Positions 60,065 through 64,000 of a stretch of 64,000 nucleotides of DNA are shown piece after piece. The translations under genes were made by a program, and so were the position numbers. The stretch's first letter is position 1. The number at the start of each line of letters is the position of its first letter. The notes under the pieces are model-generated. The model was not told the origin of the DNA and did no database searches. It was given only the letters and a program-made list of their open reading frames with translations. Origin of the DNA: Planctomycetaceae bacterium (GTDB lineage: Bacteria; Planctomycetota; Phycisphaerae; Phycisphaerales; SM1A02); contig NYSY01000137.1 of the NCBI GenBank assembly GCA_002683215.1, forward strand, positions 2,300 through 66,299, given 5' to 3'.

Positions 60065-62803
60065 ATGGCCACGACCAAGAAGACCTCACGCGGTCGCAAG
60101 ACGACCTCCCCCAGCACCTCCTCCCGCAAGAAGGCGACGCCCCGGCGCAAGAGCGCGGCGACCTCGAAGCGGCCCGCGAAGATGGTCTACTTCTTCGGCG
60201 GCACCCGGACCGAAGGCAAGGCGACGCAGAAGGCGCTGCTTGGCGGCAAGGGCGCGAACCTCGCGGACATGACCTCGATCGGACTGCCGGTACCAGCGGG
60301 CTTCACCATCACCACCAACAGCTGCGAGGCCTACTACGACGTTGGTGGTCGCTTCCCCGAAGGGCTCTCCGATCAGATCCGAAGCAACGTGCGGAAGCTC
60401 GAGAAGGAGACCGGCAAGAAGTTCGGTTCGACCTCCGATCCGCTGCTCGTCTCGGTCCGCTCGGGCGCAGCGGTCTCCATGCCCGGCATGATGGACACGG
60501 TGCTCAACCTCGGCCTGAACGACCGGTCGGTCGAAGGCCTCGCGGCGCTCACCGGGAACGAGCGGTTCGCCTGGGACGCCTATCGTCGACTCATCAACAT
60601 GTACGGCGACGTGGTCATGGGAGTCGACCATCATCACTTCGAAGCCGCCTTCGACAAGATCAAGCGGAACCTCGGCGTGACCGAGGACACCGACGTCCCC
60701 GCCGAGGGGCTTCGCGACCTCTGCATCGCCTACAAGGCGGTCTACAAGCGACACGTCGGCGCCGATTTTCCGAGCGACCCGTTCAAGCAGCTCGAGCTCG
60801 CCGTCGAGGCGGTGTTCAAGAGCTGGCACAGCGATCGGGCGATCTCCTACCGCCGGATCAACGAGATCAGCGGCCTGAACGGCACCGCGGTCAACGTGCA
60901 GGCCATGGTCTTCGGCAACATGGGCGAGGACTCGGGAACGGGCGTCGCGTTCACCCGGGATCCCTCGACCGGTAGGAACGTCTTCTACGGTGAATTTCTC
61001 ATCAACGCCCAGGGCGAGGACGTGGTCGCAGGCATCCGGACGCCGGAGCCCCTCGCCCAGATGGCGAAGTGGAACGCCCGCGTTTCGAAGGAGCTCGATC
61101 GCATCCGGATCAAGCTCGAGAAGCACTACAAGGACATGCAGGACATCGAGTTCACCATCGAGCGCGGGAAGCTCTACATGCTGCAGACCCGCAACGGCAA
61201 GCGAACCGGGGCGGCCGCGGTGAAGATGGCGGTCGACATGGTCAAGGAGCGGCTGATCACGCGGAAGGTCGCCCTGAAGCGGATTCCCGCCAACGACCTC
61301 ACGCAGCTCCTTCTCCCCAGTTTCCCCGCCAAGGCCAAGGCCTCCGCGGCCACGATCGCCCGCGGGCTTCCGGCGTCTCCCGGCGCCGCGAGCGGGGCGC
61401 TCGCCTTCACCGCGGAGGAGGCCGTCGAGCGTTCCCGAGAGGGCGAGCAGGTCCTGCTCGTCCGCAAGGAGACCTCGCCGGAGGACGTCGACGGCATGCA
61501 CAGCGCCGCGGGCATCCTGACCTCGACGGGCGGCATGACGAGCCACGCGGCGGTCGTCGCCCGAGGCTGGGGCAAGTGCTGCGTCGCGGGTGCGGGTGAG
61601 ATCTCGATCGATGCGGCGAAGGGTCGCATCACCGTCGGCGGCAAGACCTATGGACGCAAGTCCGTCCTCTCGATCGACGGTTCCACCGGCGAGGTGATGC
61701 TCGGGGAGATCGAGCGGGTCGTGCCCAGCAAGGTCTCCGGTGATCTCGCGACCGTCCTGAAGTGGGCGGACGACGTCTCGCGGATGGGCGTCCGCACCAA
61801 TGCCGACACCCCCAAGGACGCGAAGCGGGCCCGGGAGTTCGGCGCGATCGGAATCGGACTCTGCCGGACCGAGCACATGTTCTTCGAAGGCGACCGGATC
61901 AAGGCGATGCGGGAGATGATTCTCGCGGACACCACGATCGCCCGGGAGAAGGCGCTCAAGAAGCTGTTGCCGTACCAGCGGAAGGACTTCGCGGGCATCT
62001 TCACCGCCATGAAGGGGCTGCCCGTCACGGTCCGCCTGCTCGATCCGCCGCTGCACGAGTTCCTGCCCCACGAGGTCGACGCCCAGAAGGCGATGGCGAA
62101 GGACCTCGGGGTCCCGTTCTCCGAGGTGAAGCGGCGGGTCTCGATGCTCCACGAGATGAACCCGATGCTCGGTCATCGCGGTTGCCGCCTCGCGATCACC
62201 TATCCGGAGATCGCGACGATGCAGGCCCGGGCGATCACCGAAGCGACGATCCAGTGCCTCAAGAAGGGCGTGAAGGCCCGTCCGGAGATCATGGTTCCGC
62301 TGATCGGGACCCGAAAGGAACTCGAGATCCTCCGGGAGCTCATCCTTGAGACGATGGCGACGGTCAAGAAGGAGAAGAAGTACACGGGCAAGCTCGACAT
62401 TCCCGTGGGCACGATGATCGAGATTCCGCGGGCGGCCCTGACCGCCGGCGAGGTGGCGGAAGTCGCCGACTTCTTCAGCTTCGGAACCAACGACCTCACG
62501 CAGATGGCCTTCGGCTACAGCCGGGATGACGCGGGCGTCTTCCTTCCGGATTACGTGAGCAGCGACATCCTCGAGAAGGATCCCTTCCAGTCGATCGATA
62601 CCAACGGCGTCGGACGTCTCGTGGACATGGCCTGCCGAGAAGGCCGCCGTACGGTGCCCTCGCTGAAGCTTGGCATCTGTGGTGAACACGGCGGTGATCC
62701 CGCCTCTATCGCCTTCTGCGAGCAGGTGGGTCTCGACTACGTCAGCTGTTCGCCGTTCCGGGTGCCGGTGGCCCGGCTCGCCGCCGCTCAGGCGGTTCTC
62801 TGA
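60065..62803 (+). CDS. ppdK: Pyruvate, phosphate dikinase with 39-aa basic N-terminal extension
   Basis: 912 aa. LLGGKGANLADM, phospho-His region GGMTSHAAVVARG, C-terminal PEP-utilising TIM barrel GICGEHGGDP. The extension MATTKKTSRGRKTTSPSTSSRKKATPRRKSAATSKRPAK has about 95% GC3. Confidence 0.95.
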   Translation: MATTKKTSRGRKTTSPSTSSRKKATPRRKSAATSKRPAKMVYFFGGTRTEGKATQKALLGGKGANLADMTSIGLPVPAGFTITTNSCEAYYDVGGRFPEGLSDQIRSNVRKLEKETGKKFGSTSDPLLVSVRSGAAVSMPGMMDTVLNLGLNDRSVEGLAALTGNERFAWDAYRRLINMYGDVVMGVDHHHFEAAFDKIKRNLGVTEDTDVPAEGLRDLCIAYKAVYKRHVGADFPSDPFKQLELAVEAVFKSWHSDRAISYRRINEISGLNGTAVNVQAMVFGNMGEDSGTGVAFTRDPSTGRNVFYGEFLINAQGEDVVAGIRTPEPLAQMAKWNARVSKELDRIRIKLEKHYKDMQDIEFTIERGKLYMLQTRNGKRTGAAAVKMAVDMVKERLITRKVALKRIPANDLTQLLLPSFPAKAKASAATIARGLPASPGAASGALAFTAEEAVERSREGEQVLLVRKETSPEDVDGMHSAAGILTSTGGMTSHAAVVARGWGKCCVAGAGEISIDAAKGRITVGGKTYGRKSVLSIDGSTGEVMLGEIERVVPSKVSGDLATVLKWADDVSRMGVRTNADTPKDAKRAREFGAIGIGLCRTEHMFFEGDRIKAMREMILADTTIAREKALKKLLPYQRKDFAGIFTAMKGLPVTVRLLDPPLHEFLPHEVDAQKAMAKDLGVPFSEVKRRVSMLHEMNPMLGHRGCRLAITYPEIATMQARAITEATIQCLKKGVKARPEIMVPLIGTRKELEILRELILETMATVKKEKKYTGKLDIPVGTMIEIPRAALTAGEVAEVADFFSFGTNDLTQMAFGYSRDDAGVFLPDYVSSDILEKDPFQSIDTNGVGRLVDMACREGRRTVPSLKLGICGEHGGDPASIAFCEQVGLDYVSCSPFRVPVARLAAAQAVL

Positions 62804-62842
62804 ACCGAGGTCCGTTCGCGCGAAACCAGACCGAATCGAACT

Positions 62843-62877
62843 CCGCGGAAGGCGACCACGTCGTCTTCCGCGGTTTT
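62843..62877 (+). terminator. Rho-independent terminator of ppdK
   Basis: CCGCGGAAGGCGAC / GTCGTCTTCCGCGG stem (one mismatch) with loop CAC, followed by TTTT (62874-62877). Confidence 0.75.
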
Positions 62878-62909
62878 CCTTGAAGGACGGACCACGGCTC
62901 CGGAAAGGC

Positions 62910-63638
62910 TCAGTTCCGCCGTCGGGATGAACGTCGCAGGCCGGTGAGTGCGAAGAGCCCAAGGGTCGCGGGGGACGGAATCCAGTTGATCAGGAAAGAG
63001 GCGGACTGATCCGGTGTTCCGATGCCCTGATTCCAGCTCGCGGAGATTCGGGATTTGAAGAGTGGCGTGTCCCAGGGATTTCCGACGTAGGCGAAGCGGC
63101 CGACGAATGTTCCGAGGGTGCCTGGCGGCGTATCGCGGACCCTGCCCGCCGGCGTCGATGGGGAATCGTCGTACCAGCCCGCCGCGAACCCCGGATACGG
63201 CGCGTTCGGATCTCCAAAGTCGGGATCGAGTTGCGTACTTGCACCAGCGCCCGGAATCTGCAACGGCATCGATCCATCGTCGCCGAAGCCGCCGATCGTC
63301 ACGAATGAATCGGCCCGCCGCACCGACTCGGTGTCGAAGGGGCCACCGATGTTGCCTGGATTCCATCCGAAGGCGCCGGGCGCCTGGTAGTAGTCGATCT
63401 GCGCCGATGGTTCGAGGAGCAGATCGAAGGCGGCGCGCACCACGTCATTCGGATCGTTTGAAATGAGGTAGAGATCCTGCACGAACACCGCGACCTCGCC
63501 ACCACCGAATTCTTGCGCCATCGCGATGGAGTCGTACGAAAAGGCACCGGTGATGTCGGCGTTTGTCGTTGTCGCGACGATTGCGGCGATGGGAAGGGTG
63601 GCGAGGCCGAATTCTTTCAACGTGGGCTTCCAGGTCAC
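62910..63638 (-). CDS. Secreted protein with PEP-CTERM-like sorting tail
   Basis: ORF 62910..63770. Preferred start is the GTG at 63638 (GGAG 7 nt upstream), giving the signal peptide VTWKPTLKEFGLATLPIAAIVATTTNA. The C-terminus IPSPATLGLFALTGLRRSSRRRN has the Pro-x-Pro motif + TM + Arg cluster. Confidence 0.7.
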   Translation of the reverse strand: MTWKPTLKEFGLATLPIAAIVATTTNADITGAFSYDSIAMAQEFGGGEVAVFVQDLYLISNDPNDVVRAAFDLLLEPSAQIDYYQAPGAFGWNPGNIGGPFDTESVRRADSFVTIGGFGDDGSMPLQIPGAGASTQLDPDFGDPNAPYPGFAAGWYDDSPSTPAGRVRDTPPGTLGTFVGRFAYVGNPWDTPLFKSRISASWNQGIGTPDQSASFLINWIPSPATLGLFALTGLRRSSRRRN

Positions 63639-64000
63639 GTGGAATCTCCGGGCAGGGTGGTGATACGAACACCCTGCGCCGGATTGCCGGTGCGTGAGTG
63701 GCGTCCGCTCCGATCCGGATTTCTGGTCTGAAAACCCCCCTGAGGCGTCCATATCTGTGATTTGAGTCATTCGCGGATCATTCTAAACGCCCTATAACCG
63801 AAACTCGGACGCCAGTTTTCAGCCCATTTTTCATGACCTGCTCATCATTTCCTTGCATTGTCTCCTGAAACGCAGACGATGGGTTCGTCGTTGTTCGCCC
63901 TGATCAGCAAACCACGACATCTGCTTCTGGCAGAAGTGCCCCGATTCGACGAGATGTGCCCTTCTCGTTTGGAGTACTTCGGTCGACTCGATTGGATGCG

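Overview
GC-rich bacterial chromosomal segment (high-60s % GC by eye, not computed), densely coding on both strands. I support 54 protein-coding genes, one decayed gene, six hairpin terminators, one promoter and two in-frame tandem repeats. I recognised no rRNA, tRNA, CRISPR array, transposase or integrase. Because of the GC content, almost every real gene is shadowed by long Arg/Pro/Gly-rich antisense or off-frame ORFs in the supplied track. I chose frames by recognisable family signatures, third-codon-position GC and start-site context, and moved many starts inward from the ORF-track coordinate. The backbone is housekeeping: tkt-rpiB, ltaE, galK, ruvB, ribH-nusB-ftsY, hrpB, folC, leuS, a pabB-like gene and ppdK. 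It is interleaved with many secreted, lipoprotein and outer-membrane genes: a CBM2-dockerin-GH18 chitinase, a PHP-domain hydrolase, a 1051-aa LptD-like barrel, a PEP-CTERM-like protein and a long-leader pseudopilin. That mix suggests, as inference only, a Planctomycetota/PVC-type organism. 4-nt start/stop overlaps (ATGA/GTGA/TTGA) are common, so translational coupling is pervasive. Most interesting observations: (1) A nonulosonic-acid cassette (neuA-neuB-neuC, all overlapping) sits directly behind a 1225-aa single ORF. That ORF fuses a Maf/DUF115 glycosyltransferase, a nucleotidyltransferase-like module and a radical-SAM/SPASM-like module that has lost every cluster-binding cysteine. (2) Two unrelated housekeeping enzymes (FolC and PpdK) carry Lys/Ser/Thr/Ala-rich N-terminal tails opening with the same motif, MAT(T)KKTxRG. 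(3) A LemA / DUF3137-like / LemA triad. (4) A pseudopilin and a membrane protein are translationally coupled to the DEAH helicase HrpB. (5) A DUF58-transglutaminase pair lacks the usual MoxR ATPase and is coupled to a methyltransferase. (6) A 525-bp gap contains coding-like signal split over three frames. I cannot name a complete novel system with confidence from sequence alone. The Maf-fusion/NulO locus is my best candidate.
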